This document shows positions 43,313 through 51,636 of a stretch of 64,000 nucleotides of DNA, piece by piece. Within the stretch, counting starts at the first letter, position 1; the number at the start of each line of letters is the position of its first letter. Origin of the DNA: a virus (Duplodnaviria; Caudoviricetes); the IMG/VR virus record IMGVR_UViG_3300033072_000249, positions 20,997 through 84,996 of that record; one strand, given 5' to 3'. The notes below the pieces were generated by a model. That model was not told the DNA's origin, did not search any database, and saw only the letters and a program-made list of their open reading frames with translations. Both the position numbers and the translations under genes were made by a program.

Positions 43313-43602
43313 TCAGGAGTTGGGGCTTTCGCCCCTGGCACACGCCACACCAGAACAGGACACAGGCTGAAGTATAAACAGCTTTTTCTTATGCCAACAA
43401 TTTTTTCGCGAGCTGTTGCGTGGCAGCAACACCGAGCATCGGGTAGCCGCAGAGAGAGCCGGAACATGGCGCTTCCCGGGAAGCGATCGACCGGATACCC
43501 AGTGCCGAACTGCCTGACCAGAGACGCCAACGCGCCTGGCCAACTCATTCACCGACACCCCAACTGCTCCATCCTCACCTGGATCTGTTGTCCAACTTTC
43601 AT
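43313..43602 (-). pseudogene. frameshifted XRE/CI-type repressor
   Basis: GGAGG RBS and ATG 43602 give MKVGQQIQVRMEQLG then a stop; the other frame continues VSVNELARRVGVSGQAVRHWVSGRSLP; one extra base in the G4 run (43558-43561) joins them. Confidence 0.75.
43371..43400 (-). promoter_or_regulatory. leftward promoter driving the non-coding unit
   Basis: TTGTTG-18-TATACT on the minus strand. Confidence 0.55.
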
Positions 43603-43661
43603 CACCGCCTCCGCTGTATTGAGCGTCGTTAGCTTGGCGCACGGAGAAACGGTTGGCAACG

Positions 43662-43683
43662 CAACAGAAAGTTGCTGTAGAAT
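43662..43683 (+). promoter_or_regulatory. rightward promoter with operator box
   Basis: CAACAGAAAGTTG 43662-43674, TAGAAT 43678-43683. Confidence 0.6.
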
Positions 43684-43777
43684 CCAGAGCCTGGAGCAAC
43701 TCCAGGACGGCGCCCGCCTCAAGGAGCCGCATCGCCGTCGCTCCAAAAAAATCTCAAGCATAGACGCGGAAGGACGC

Positions 43778-44365
43778 ATGAGCAACACAATGGAATTGAA
43801 AATCGGCAAAGACCTTCAGGTCGTTGCATACCTGCACCCAACCAGCAATGACTGCGTCACCGTCGATCCGACGGCCTACCAAGAGCCCAGGAAGTTGGTT
43901 CTGCTAAATGACGTGATCGACAAGATCGAGTACCTCGAGGCGGGCCTTGGTGAGTGGCGGACCTACGCCGTCGACGCCGGGCGCCAGCTCGCGGCCGCGC
44001 GCAAAGAGATTGAGCGCCTGAAGGCCAACACCCCCAAGAAGGAGAAGGTTGAAACCCCCGGCTTCGATGCCTTCTGGGCAGCATACCCAACTGGCCCGCG
44101 CAAGGTCAACAAGAAGGCCTGCCTGACGCGCTGGAATGCGGCGAAGCTGGAGCCGCTGGCTGAGCAGATCATCAACCACGTCCAGGTCAGCAAGATCGGC
44201 CGCGACTGGTCCAAGGATGGCGGGGCCTTCATCCCTGCGCCGCTGGTCTACCTGAACCAGGAGCGCTACCTCGCGCCGCCGTCGGCGCCAGTCAACCAGG
44301 TAGGCAGCCTGGCTCGCATGAACTACAAACCCACCGGCATCGACGAGCATGGCCACTTCAATTGA
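43778..44365 (+). CDS. replication initiator-like protein (C-terminal FDAFWAAYP domain)
   Basis: AAGGA RBS; FDAFWAAYP..KV.K..C...W...W.KDGG.FIP.P..YLNQ.RY. Confidence 0.75.
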   Translation: MSNTMELKIGKDLQVVAYLHPTSNDCVTVDPTAYQEPRKLVLLNDVIDKIEYLEAGLGEWRTYAVDAGRQLAAARKEIERLKANTPKKEKVETPGFDAFWAAYPTGPRKVNKKACLTRWNAAKLEPLAEQIINHVQVSKIGRDWSKDGGAFIPAPLVYLNQERYLAPPSAPVNQVGSLARMNYKPTGIDEHGHFN

Positions 44366-45161
44366 TCGGCTTCTGGCCAGCATGGTCGAGCCCCTCGGCG
44401 AGAAGACCATCACCTGCGACAAACACGGCAACTACGTGTCAACCGGGCGCCGCTTCACCACGGGTCGGCGCATGAAGATCTGGACGTCGTGCCCCGGGTG
44501 CAAGGAGGACGAGCGCGCTGAAGGCGATCGCAAAGATGCCGAGGCCAAGGCCGCCCGGCAGCGCGAGTACCTCGAGCGCCTACTGAATCAGACCGCCATT
44601 CCGCAGCTGTTCCTTGATCGGGACTTTGACAACTGGCGCGTCACCAACGACGGCCAGCTGCACGCCGTCAAGGTGGCCATGGAGTACGTGAAGAGCTTCG
44701 ACAGCCACCACGCCACCGGCTCGAGCCTGGTCTTCTCTGGCGCCAAAGGCACTGGCAAGAGCCATCTGGCGGCCGCCATTCTCAAGGGCATCCTGCCGCG
44801 CCACGTCGGCGTCTACATGACGTTCATGGGCATGATCCGGTTGATCCGCGAGACCTGGCGCGCGGACTCGAAGCGCACCGAGTCGCAGGTGATTGCTGAG
44901 CTGGGCACGCTGCCGCTACTGGTGCTCGACGAGATCGGCGTGCAGTACGGCACCGAGTCTGAGCACACCCTGTTATTCGAGGTGATGGACCGGCGCTACC
45001 GCGACCAGAAGCCAAGCATTCTGTTGACCAACCAAGACAAGGATGGTTTCAAGCGCTTTGTCGGCGACCGCGTCTACGACCGCATGACCGAGACCGCCCG
45101 ATGGGTCACCTTCGACTGGGACAGCTACCGCACCCAGGCCAGAAAGGATCACGGGAAATGA
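44349..45161 (+). CDS. DnaC/IstB-like ATPase (helicase loader)
   Basis: CPGC, Walker A GAKGTGKS, Walker B LLVLDEIG, DRRY, GDRVYDRM. Confidence 0.92.
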   Translation: MATSIDRLLASMVEPLGEKTITCDKHGNYVSTGRRFTTGRRMKIWTSCPGCKEDERAEGDRKDAEAKAARQREYLERLLNQTAIPQLFLDRDFDNWRVTNDGQLHAVKVAMEYVKSFDSHHATGSSLVFSGAKGTGKSHLAAAILKGILPRHVGVYMTFMGMIRLIRETWRADSKRTESQVIAELGTLPLLVLDEIGVQYGTESEHTLLFEVMDRRYRDQKPSILLTNQDKDGFKRFVGDRVYDRMTETARWVTFDWDSYRTQARKDHGK

Positions 45162-45517
45162 TCGACGGCATCTCGAGCCACGAGGCTCACGACATTCTCG
45201 ACGGCGTGCGCGCCGGCATCAATGTGAGAGAAGAGATAATCAACGCGGCACTCCTGGCGACAGGAGACTTGGCCACTCAGAAATCAAAGTTCCCAGACGT
45301 CCAACCAATGAAGACACTGCTCCACATCCAAGAGCCGCGCTGCGCCGGCCGAGAGGCCAAGACCATCCCCATCATCTGCCCGCGGCGAGACAGCTGCGCG
45401 CGCCATCGCCAGATGGACACCGACCGCAAGCTGGGCATCGAATCGCTGCAGCAGATCAAGGTCTACACGCTGCCCTATGTGCGCGGCCAGGACTGCCACT
45501 TCTTCATGCAGGCATGA
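45158..45517 (+). CDS. hypothetical protein
   Basis: ATGA overlap; C-terminal Cys cluster. Confidence 0.6.
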   Translation: MIDGISSHEAHDILDGVRAGINVREEIINAALLATGDLATQKSKFPDVQPMKTLLHIQEPRCAGREAKTIPIICPRRDSCARHRQMDTDRKLGIESLQQIKVYTLPYVRGQDCHFFMQA

Positions 45518-45831
45518 CGGCCATCGACTGGGCCCAACTCGGCAATGGCGCGCCGGCCGCATACCAGGCCCTCCACGAGAGCCTGGTCTCGCACTACGCG
45601 CGCATGGCTCAGACTGACCCTGACCAGGCCCGACACGCCATTCGCCAGCACCTGAGTGGCGAGTCGTCGCCAGGCATGGTGAAGGGCTTCGTCCTGTTTC
45701 CGACCTTGGGAAAGGACGTCAAGGCGCGACTGGATGAGCTTGGCATCACGCCAGAGCCACCCGGCCAGCAGCCGTGGTTCATGGGCCAGCCAGACCGAGA
45801 GGGCTGGCGCTTCAAGCCGGCGGAGCAATGA
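45514..45831 (+). CDS. hypothetical protein
   Basis: Coupled ORF, 105 aa. Confidence 0.6.
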   Translation: MTAIDWAQLGNGAPAAYQALHESLVSHYARMAQTDPDQARHAIRQHLSGESSPGMVKGFVLFPTLGKDVKARLDELGITPEPPGQQPWFMGQPDREGWRFKPAEQ

Positions 45832-46301
45832 GCACGATCACCTGCATCAAGTCGCCCACCGGCGGCCTCATCCCGTTTGCTGACGAGGATCGAGACAAGC
45901 TGGCCAAGATCAAGACCGGCTCGCCGGTGAAGGTCGAGATCACGCAGATGCGCAACCCGCTCTTCCATAAAAAATTCTTTTCTCTGGTCAAGTTTTTGTT
46001 CGACATCTGGTCGGAGAGTGTGCCACGTAAACGATACAAGGGCGAAGAGGTGCAGCCAAGCATCGAGCGCTTCCGCAAGGATCTGACAATCCTGGCTGGC
46101 TACTACACGGCGCACTACAACATCCGAGGCGAGGTTCGCTTGGAGGCTGAGTCGATTAGCTTCGCAAAGATGTCGGAGGAGGATTTTCAGAAGCTATACT
46201 CAAACGTCATCGACGTTGCGCTACAAAAAGTTTTGAATCGACCGGACCTCACAAGCGACCGCGTCAAGCACCTCGTCGATCAACTTCTTCGCTACGACTA
46301 A
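45828..46301 (+). CDS. DUF1367 family (nin-region) protein
   Basis: RNP.FH.KFF.L...F..FRKDLTILAG.Y......G.VR.EA.SISFA.M.E..F..LY. Confidence 0.8.
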   Translation: MSTITCIKSPTGGLIPFADEDRDKLAKIKTGSPVKVEITQMRNPLFHKKFFSLVKFLFDIWSESVPRKRYKGEEVQPSIERFRKDLTILAGYYTAHYNIRGEVRLEAESISFAKMSEEDFQKLYSNVIDVALQKVLNRPDLTSDRVKHLVDQLLRYD

Positions 46302-46922
46302 ATGAACGCACCACGCAGGCTCGCGACTGGCGAGAAATTTGGAAGGCTCACAGTTGTGATTGATGAGTCAAGCCCTACTCACGCCACATGCGCGTGCGAC
46401 TGTGGATCTGTTCGCGAATACAAGCGCACATCGCTTCGCCACGGAGCATCAACATCATGCGGATGCTCCAGGTCAAGGCCGCTGTCGCACGGCCTCTCTG
46501 GCACTCCAGAGTGGCACGCCTGGTGCTCCATGAAGGCGAGATGCGAGAACCCAGATCACCCGAACTACCATCGATACGGCGGCCGCGGCATCAAGGTCTG
46601 CGACAGGTGGAGCTCGTTTGAAAATTTTCTCATGGACATGGGACCGAGGCCTGATGGAGGAACCATTGATCGGGAGGACAACGACAAGGGTTATGACCCG
46701 CTGAACTGCCGGTGGGTATCGAAAAAAGTCAACAGCAGAAACACATCCAGGTCCATCAGGTGGACGGTAAAAGGCGTCGACTTTGAAACCCTCGAAGACG
46801 CCGCTGAGTTCTTTGGCGTTGGCGGCGTGACGATACTGAACTGGTGCAAGGGCTATAAGGCCTCCTCTGGGAAGGACTACCCACCAAAACCGAACTGTAG
46901 CTGGGTCAAGCTGTACGACTGA
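46302..46922 (+). CDS. HNH homing endonuclease
   Basis: C.CDCG; W..MK.RC......Y..YGGRGI.VC.RW..FE.F..DMG.RP...IDR.DN..GY...NCRW; AT-richer. Confidence 0.9.
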   Translation: MNAPRRLATGEKFGRLTVVIDESSPTHATCACDCGSVREYKRTSLRHGASTSCGCSRSRPLSHGLSGTPEWHAWCSMKARCENPDHPNYHRYGGRGIKVCDRWSSFENFLMDMGPRPDGGTIDREDNDKGYDPLNCRWVSKKVNSRNTSRSIRWTVKGVDFETLEDAAEFFGVGGVTILNWCKGYKASSGKDYPPKPNCSWVKLYD

Positions 46923-47007
46923 TCCTTGGGCAAACTTTTCGTGCTTTGCGCAACACTTTGTGTTGTGAGATGGGTAGAATGCCGCACCAAAACCACGAGG
47001 CATTCAC

Positions 47008-47286
47008 ATGCTGAAACACGAGCTCATCAAAGAGGTCTCCACCGACACCGGCGTCCCCCAGCAGACCGTCCGGCACGTCCTTGAATCCGTCCTCTCCACA
47101 GTCACCTCAGCGCTGCGCAATGGTCGGCCGGTCCACCTGTTCGGCCTGGGAAAGCTGTTTGTTTCCCAGCGCGGGGCCAAAAAGGCGCGCAACCTGCACA
47201 CTGGCGAGAATGTCGTTGTCCCACCGCGCAATGTCGCGGTGTTCCGCCCCAGCGTTGCGGTCGACCAGGCCGTCAAGGGCGAATGA
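47008..47286 (+). CDS. HU/IHF-like DNA-binding protein
   Basis: KHELI..VS...V.LFG.GK.....R..K.ARN..TGE.V.VP.R....FRP. Confidence 0.9.
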   Translation: MLKHELIKEVSTDTGVPQQTVRHVLESVLSTVTSALRNGRPVHLFGLGKLFVSQRGAKKARNLHTGENVVVPPRNVAVFRPSVAVDQAVKGE

Positions 47287-47639
47287 CGGTGCGCCGCGTG
47301 GCCTCGAAGTACGGGGCCAAGAAGACCCAGATCGACGGCATCACCTTTGCCAGTCTGGCCGAAGCCCGCAGGTACAGCGAGCTCAAGCTGCTGGAGCGCG
47401 CCGGCCACATCACCAGCCTGGAGCTGCAGCCGAAGTTTGAGCTGGCGCCATCGGTGAAGTACACCGGCGCCGCGCGCGCCAAGCCGGCGCTCCGCTACAT
47501 CGCGGACTTTCGGTATGTCGATCATCTTGGCAACACGATCGTCGAGGACGCCAAGGGATTCAAGACCGAGGCATACCAGATCAAGCGTCACTTGATGCTG
47601 GCCATCCACGGCATTGAGGTCGCCGAGGTTCGCCGGTGA
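47283..47639 (+). CDS. DUF1064 family endonuclease
   Basis: SKYGAKKT.IDGI.F.S..EA.RY.EL...LE.QP.FEL...YIADF.Y...VED.KG. Confidence 0.88.
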   Translation: MTVRRVASKYGAKKTQIDGITFASLAEARRYSELKLLERAGHITSLELQPKFELAPSVKYTGAARAKPALRYIADFRYVDHLGNTIVEDAKGFKTEAYQIKRHLMLAIHGIEVAEVRR

Positions 47640-48145
47640 ACGACGATCGCCCATCCAGGCTCGAGCGCCTGGCCACCGCGGTGGCCACGTCAAACCTCAC
47701 CTTTGACCTCGAGCGTCGCACGCCGGTGGATCACGTCATCGCCCTGGGCATGGCGTCGCGCAACTCCTCGGTGACGAGTGACATGCTGCACCTCTACCTT
47801 GTTGGCAGCCCGGAGGCCTGGCATGCAGCCAAGGCATCTGTGCTATCCGTGGTGCGAGAGCTCGACGCGAAGAGGCGCTGGGCCCTGGATGAGCGATCCA
47901 TCGACAAGGTGGCCACCGACTCGCTGCTGATGCACCTCAATCCGACGTGCTCGCACTGCAAGGGTCGCGGCTACCTCGTCCAGCCAGGCACTCCATCGCT
48001 GTCGCACAAGGCCTGTCCGCACTGCAGGGGTGATGGCCGTCGACCGCTCAACAAGAAGCTGCGCACGCAGATCGCAGCAACCCTGTCCCTCCTCGAGCAG
48101 ATCGACTCGATGACGGAGGCGACCGTCTCAAGGATTCTTCGATGA
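47636..48145 (+). CDS. Q-like antiterminator / Zn-finger protein
   Basis: CSHCKGRG and CPHCRGDG motifs; position at the end of the nin-like region. Confidence 0.55.
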   Translation: MNDDRPSRLERLATAVATSNLTFDLERRTPVDHVIALGMASRNSSVTSDMLHLYLVGSPEAWHAAKASVLSVVRELDAKRRWALDERSIDKVATDSLLMHLNPTCSHCKGRGYLVQPGTPSLSHKACPHCRGDGRRPLNKKLRTQIAATLSLLEQIDSMTEATVSRILR

Positions 48146-48606
48146 CAACCATCGCATGGCGGCCGGGTATGCTGGCCACCGACACGCTCAGCGTGGACAC
48201 CGTCGGGCTCAAGATGCCGGCGAAGAAGCTGTTCAGAGCCAGCGGCTTCATCCTTGGTGGCGCCGGATCTCTCCACCAGGTGGTCGAGTATTACCGGCGC
48301 ATCAAGGACATGGAGATTGCCCAGATCCTGGAGCTCGGATACCCCGATTACCAGGAGGACAAGAACTGCCCGGCAATGATCCTGTGTAACCCGCACGCAC
48401 CTCACATGGCCTTCGAGCTGTGCGGCACGCAGTGGCTGCAGATCCTGACGAATTTCTACGCTGTCGGCTCCGGCAGGGACTTCGCCCTGGCAGCGATGCA
48501 CCTGGGCAAGACGCCGGAGGAGGCGGTCAAGGTGGCGATGGAGTTCGACTTAAAGACGGGCCTTGATGTCGACGTGGCGCGCATGGGTGACGGGTGGTCT
48601 CAGTGA
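48142..48606 (+). CDS. Ntn-hydrolase (proteasome beta/HslV-like) peptidase
   Basis: MTTIAW...LATDT, K+F...GGAG, AVGSG.DFA.AAM..G.T.EEAV..A. Confidence 0.75.
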   Translation: MTTIAWRPGMLATDTLSVDTVGLKMPAKKLFRASGFILGGAGSLHQVVEYYRRIKDMEIAQILELGYPDYQEDKNCPAMILCNPHAPHMAFELCGTQWLQILTNFYAVGSGRDFALAAMHLGKTPEEAVKVAMEFDLKTGLDVDVARMGDGWSQ

Positions 48607-48992
48607 TCCCGAAGAATCCATCCTCCAGGAACCAGAACTTCCGCGACCTGGCCAGCGGCGAGGACTGCACCGTCATGATCCCGGGCATCTGCAGGCATGA
48701 CAGCGAGACCACGGTGCTGGCGCACATGAACTCTCTGGCCGGCGGCAAAGGCATGGGCTACAAGGCCGACGACCACACCGGCGTCTTCGCCTGCTACCAC
48801 TGCCACACCTGGCTCGACCAGGGTAAGAACGATGCCGAGAAGAAGGAGGCCTACTTCTCGCAGGCCCAGGTGCGGATGATCCACCGCCTGGGCGACATCG
48901 CCTCCAGCCCGACGATGCGCCCATGGAAGATCGGGGCCGCCAAGTGGGCCCTCGACCTCATCGCGCAGGACTTGGCAAAAGCAGACGCTTGA
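48603..48992 (+). CDS. DUF1364 family protein
   Basis: LR/FRDLA.G..C.V.IPG.C....ETTVLAH...G.G.K.DD....AC..CH..LD. Confidence 0.85.
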   Translation: MIPKNPSSRNQNFRDLASGEDCTVMIPGICRHDSETTVLAHMNSLAGGKGMGYKADDHTGVFACYHCHTWLDQGKNDAEKKEAYFSQAQVRMIHRLGDIASSPTMRPWKIGAAKWALDLIAQDLAKADA

Positions 48993-49203
48993 GCCAGCCT
49001 GGCACATCAGGGCAGGGCGCCCAGGCCAGGAAGTCCTTCATGTTGCCGGCAGACAGCTGGCCATACACCGCCACGCCATGGCGCGTCAGTAGCTGCAGCT
49101 TGGCGCCTCGCGGCGTCGCGTCGGTGATGGGGAGCCAGTCATAGTCACGGGCCACCGCCACGCCATACTGGTCATTGACCTTGCTTTTTTGCTGCTCGCT
49201 CAA
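48958..49203 (-). CDS. hypothetical protein
   Basis: W.PI...P.G.K.QLL...G.A.YG...AWAP.P. Confidence 0.6.
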   Translation of the reverse strand: MSEQQKSKVNDQYGVAVARDYDWLPITDATPRGAKLQLLTRHGVAVYGQLSAGNMKDFLAWAPCPDVPGWLKRLLLPSPAR

Positions 49204-49561
49204 TCTTTACCCTTTGGCCGTGTGACCTTGCGTTGAACTCTGGATCGACCCTCTTGACGATCCAGCTCACGGTGTTTGATGCCAGGCCGAACTCGGCGGC
49301 CACCTCGGACAGCAGCCTGCCGCCCTTGATCGACTTCATGATTCGCCGGTCTCGTTTCCACTGACTGCCGCGCTTCTGGATCGCGGCGGCGGATGTGGCC
49401 GAGTGCTTCGCCAAGGTCTTGGCCAGCCTGTCGCTCACCTCGTAGGTAGTGTACCGGTGGCCATTGAAGCACTCGCGTCGGCGCTGAAGCATGGTGTCGG
49501 ATTGCCAGCCCCTGGTGGAGATCACACTGGAGCCGGACGTCCCGCAGATCGGGCACTTCAA
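49172..49561 (-). CDS. NrdR-like Zn-ribbon plus HTH protein
   Basis: MKCP.CG....V.STR......RRREC..GHRYTTYE; C-terminal LSEVA.EFGL...TV. Confidence 0.7.
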   Translation of the reverse strand: MKCPICGTSGSSVISTRGWQSDTMLQRRRECFNGHRYTTYEVSDRLAKTLAKHSATSAAAIQKRGSQWKRDRRIMKSIKGGRLLSEVAAEFGLASNTVSWIVKRVDPEFNARSHGQRVKIERAAKKQGQ

Positions 49562-49565
49562 TGCC

Positions 49566-49907
49566 TCACCCCTTGGTGCTCAGCAGCCAGACGCGGGCCA
49601 GGCCATCGCCGTAGTCCTTCGTGGACTTCACGCGGCCGTCGACATTGTGGCGCCTGAGGTAGCCGCGCAGCGCCTGGTCGACCTTGGCCACTTCGCTGGT
49701 CTTGCACTTGATCGCCTGGCCGACCTTCATCTTTTTGAAGACCTCGTCGTACTTGAACTTGGGTGCGCGCTTGCGATCCGGCAGCGGGTCATCAACGATG
49801 ACCAGGGACTTGATGTCGATCTCGTCGGCCTTCTCGCCGGTGAAGGGGTTGCGGCCTTTGGCGAATTTTGTTTTCGCGTCAGATGCGATTGCTCCAATAC
49901 TGCTCAT
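49566..49907 (-). CDS. hypothetical protein
   Basis: 113 aa, operonic. Confidence 0.6.
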   Translation of the reverse strand: MSSIGAIASDAKTKFAKGRNPFTGEKADEIDIKSLVIVDDPLPDRKRAPKFKYDEVFKKMKVGQAIKCKTSEVAKVDQALRGYLRRHNVDGRVKSTKDYGDGLARVWLLSTKG

Positions 49908-49918
49908 GTCTTCTTTCT

Positions 49919-50527
49919 TCAGTCTGTTGTTCCGCCCTCGGTGTCGTCCGGCTTTTTGCGGTCGACTTCGTAGGGCACGGTGTGGGTGTGTTTGGTGGCG
50001 GCCTTGTCGTCGGCGATCCAGTAGCAGACCTTGGCGCGAGCTCGGACGAACTCGACCACCAGGCGCTTCAGGTCGGTGGCATCCTCCTCCGAGAAGCTGA
50101 GCACCTCATCATCTGCACCCGTGTCCTCGCCGGCCCACATATCCAGCTGCTCGATCAGGTTGCTGCCGAGCCGCTTTGACGTCGCCAGGTTTTCGACAGG
50201 GCTTTTGCCAAGGCAGACCAGGTACTCACGGGACTCGCCTGGCGCGCACTCGCCTTCGATGTCGAAGATGGCTGCGGCGTGAGCCTTGCCCTCGCTGCTG
50301 GCGGACTGACACCGATCGTCGCCGTCATACCACCACAGCCACACCTCGCGCGGCGCCGGGCGACCGCCGGCACGGAAGGTGGCTAGGCTGTCGCGCACGG
50401 TGATGTCGTGCTCGACGTGGCCCATGGCCAGCGGGCGCAGTGGCTTCGCCTCGATGGTCAAAGTCAGGCCATTCTCATTGGCCTCCCTGACGAGTGCGCG
50501 TGCGCGCTCCTCGAAGAACTCGATCAT
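49919..50527 (-). CDS. hypothetical protein
   Basis: AGGAG RBS, 202 aa. Confidence 0.65.
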   Translation of the reverse strand: MIEFFEERARALVREANENGLTLTIEAKPLRPLAMGHVEHDITVRDSLATFRAGGRPAPREVWLWWYDGDDRCQSASSEGKAHAAAIFDIEGECAPGESREYLVCLGKSPVENLATSKRLGSNLIEQLDMWAGEDTGADDEVLSFSEEDATDLKRLVVEFVRARAKVCYWIADDKAATKHTHTVPYEVDRKKPDDTEGGTTD

Positions 50528-50571
50528 GTTGAACTCCTGATGGGGGGCCGGCCGGAGCCGGCGGTCTTCGC

Positions 50572-50835
50572 TTAGGCCAGGGCGGCCTCGGTTTGCTTCT
50601 CGGCGCAGCCAGAGCCCTCACCCTGGGGCGAGTAGATCTTGGTGGTGACGCCCAGCTGCTTGTTCAGGTCGGCGGCGAAGGTCTCGGCCTCGGCGCGGGT
50701 GTCGAAAGCCTTGTGGCCAAAGAAGGCCAGACCCTCGTAGTGCGCGACGACGTGCTTGCCCTTGGCGACCTCTTGTGGGATGGCGCGCTCGGTGGCTTCG
50801 GCGTTGAGGCGGGCGTAGATGGCGATGTCTTGCAT
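50572..50835 (-). CDS. hypothetical protein
   Basis: ATG 50835 MQDIAIYARL; good codon usage. Confidence 0.6.
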   Translation of the reverse strand: MQDIAIYARLNAEATERAIPQEVAKGKHVVAHYEGLAFFGHKAFDTRAEAETFAADLNKQLGVTTKIYSPQGEGSGCAEKQTEAALA

Positions 50836-50914
50836 GATGGCGCTTTCAAAAAAAAGGTTGTAGATGTGTGATTCACATCGAGCTGCCCGGCGCGCCAGGC
50901 AGACCGCTGCGTCA

Positions 50915-51190
50915 TCAGTGGGCGGCGCGGCTGGCCTGGTAGGCCTGCCACTGGTTGCTCGCCTGTTGGATCTGGTTGGGCCGGCGGCCAAGCAAGAACT
51001 CAGCGTGGGCCACAGCCTCGACGTCGGTCGGGCACTCAAAGTAGACGCACTTCGGTCCGGTCACAAAGTGCGTCCGCAAAAACGAGCCATCATCCCGGAG
51101 CCGCTCACGGATGCCGATGACGTAGGGGTACAACCCACCGGCACTGTGCTTCTGAACTCCTGACCCGTCGCTGTGATGACCTTCGTACAT
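50915..51190 (-). CDS. hypothetical protein
   Basis: AGGAG RBS, directly downstream of a promoter. Confidence 0.65.
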   Translation of the reverse strand: MYEGHHSDGSGVQKHSAGGLYPYVIGIRERLRDDGSFLRTHFVTGPKCVYFECPTDVEAVAHAEFLLGRRPNQIQQASNQWQAYQASRAAH

Positions 51191-51215
51191 GTCAATCTCC
51201 TGTTGCTGTGAAGTA

Positions 51216-51244
51216 ATTATTGCAGCAACAACAGAAACTTCAAA
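51216..51244 (-). promoter_or_regulatory. sigma70-like promoter
   Basis: TTTGAA-17-AATAAT with a near-match operator in the spacer. Confidence 0.55.
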
Positions 51245-51279
51245 GCGAGATCGACATTACCCGACAAAGTTGTGCGGGA

Positions 51280-51636
51280 TTAGATGTACGGCCCGTGCTT
51301 CTCGTTGGGAACCAGGCTTCCTGCATTTGCGTATCTGATGCACGACTCAACGTGGGAGCCGGTGACGATGTGCCCCTTCGCCTCGAGTGCGTCAACGATA
51401 GTTGCCACCTTCGCCCCCTCAAACTCACGCATCCGCCTGATCTCCAGGATCACCTCGTCTGGGTGCTTGCGGTTCGGCGCGCCTCGGGTCACCCCCGCCC
51501 CGCTGGATGGGGGCCTTGGAGGCTTGCGCTTGAGCGGCTGAGGCGGGCCCAGCACCGCGTCGATGAGCGACCTCTTCACTGGCAGGATTGTCCTGACCGA
51601 GTGAGTGCCTTCTTGTGGGTTCTTCTTTGGTGTCAT
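51280..51636 (-). CDS. HTH-like hypothetical protein
   Basis: [13 protein letters not shown]....G helical C-terminus. Confidence 0.55.
   Translation of the reverse strand: MTPKKNPQEGTHSVRTILPVKRSLIDAVLGPPQPLKRKPPRPPSSGAGVTRGAPNRKHPDEVILEIRRMREFEGAKVATIVDALEAKGHIVTGSHVESCIRYANAGSLVPNEKHGPYI

Larger units (their letters stand above)
41770..43360 (-). ncRNA. putative polycistronic structured ncRNA array
   Basis: No credible ORF; repeated long stems, covarying repeats and tRNA-like arms; bounded by a promoter and a terminator. Confidence 0.55.

Noticed and set aside
43280-44365. 361-aa ORF as one protein
   Set aside because: Its 5' half overlaps the repressor pseudogene and both promoters; the RBS-supported start is 43778
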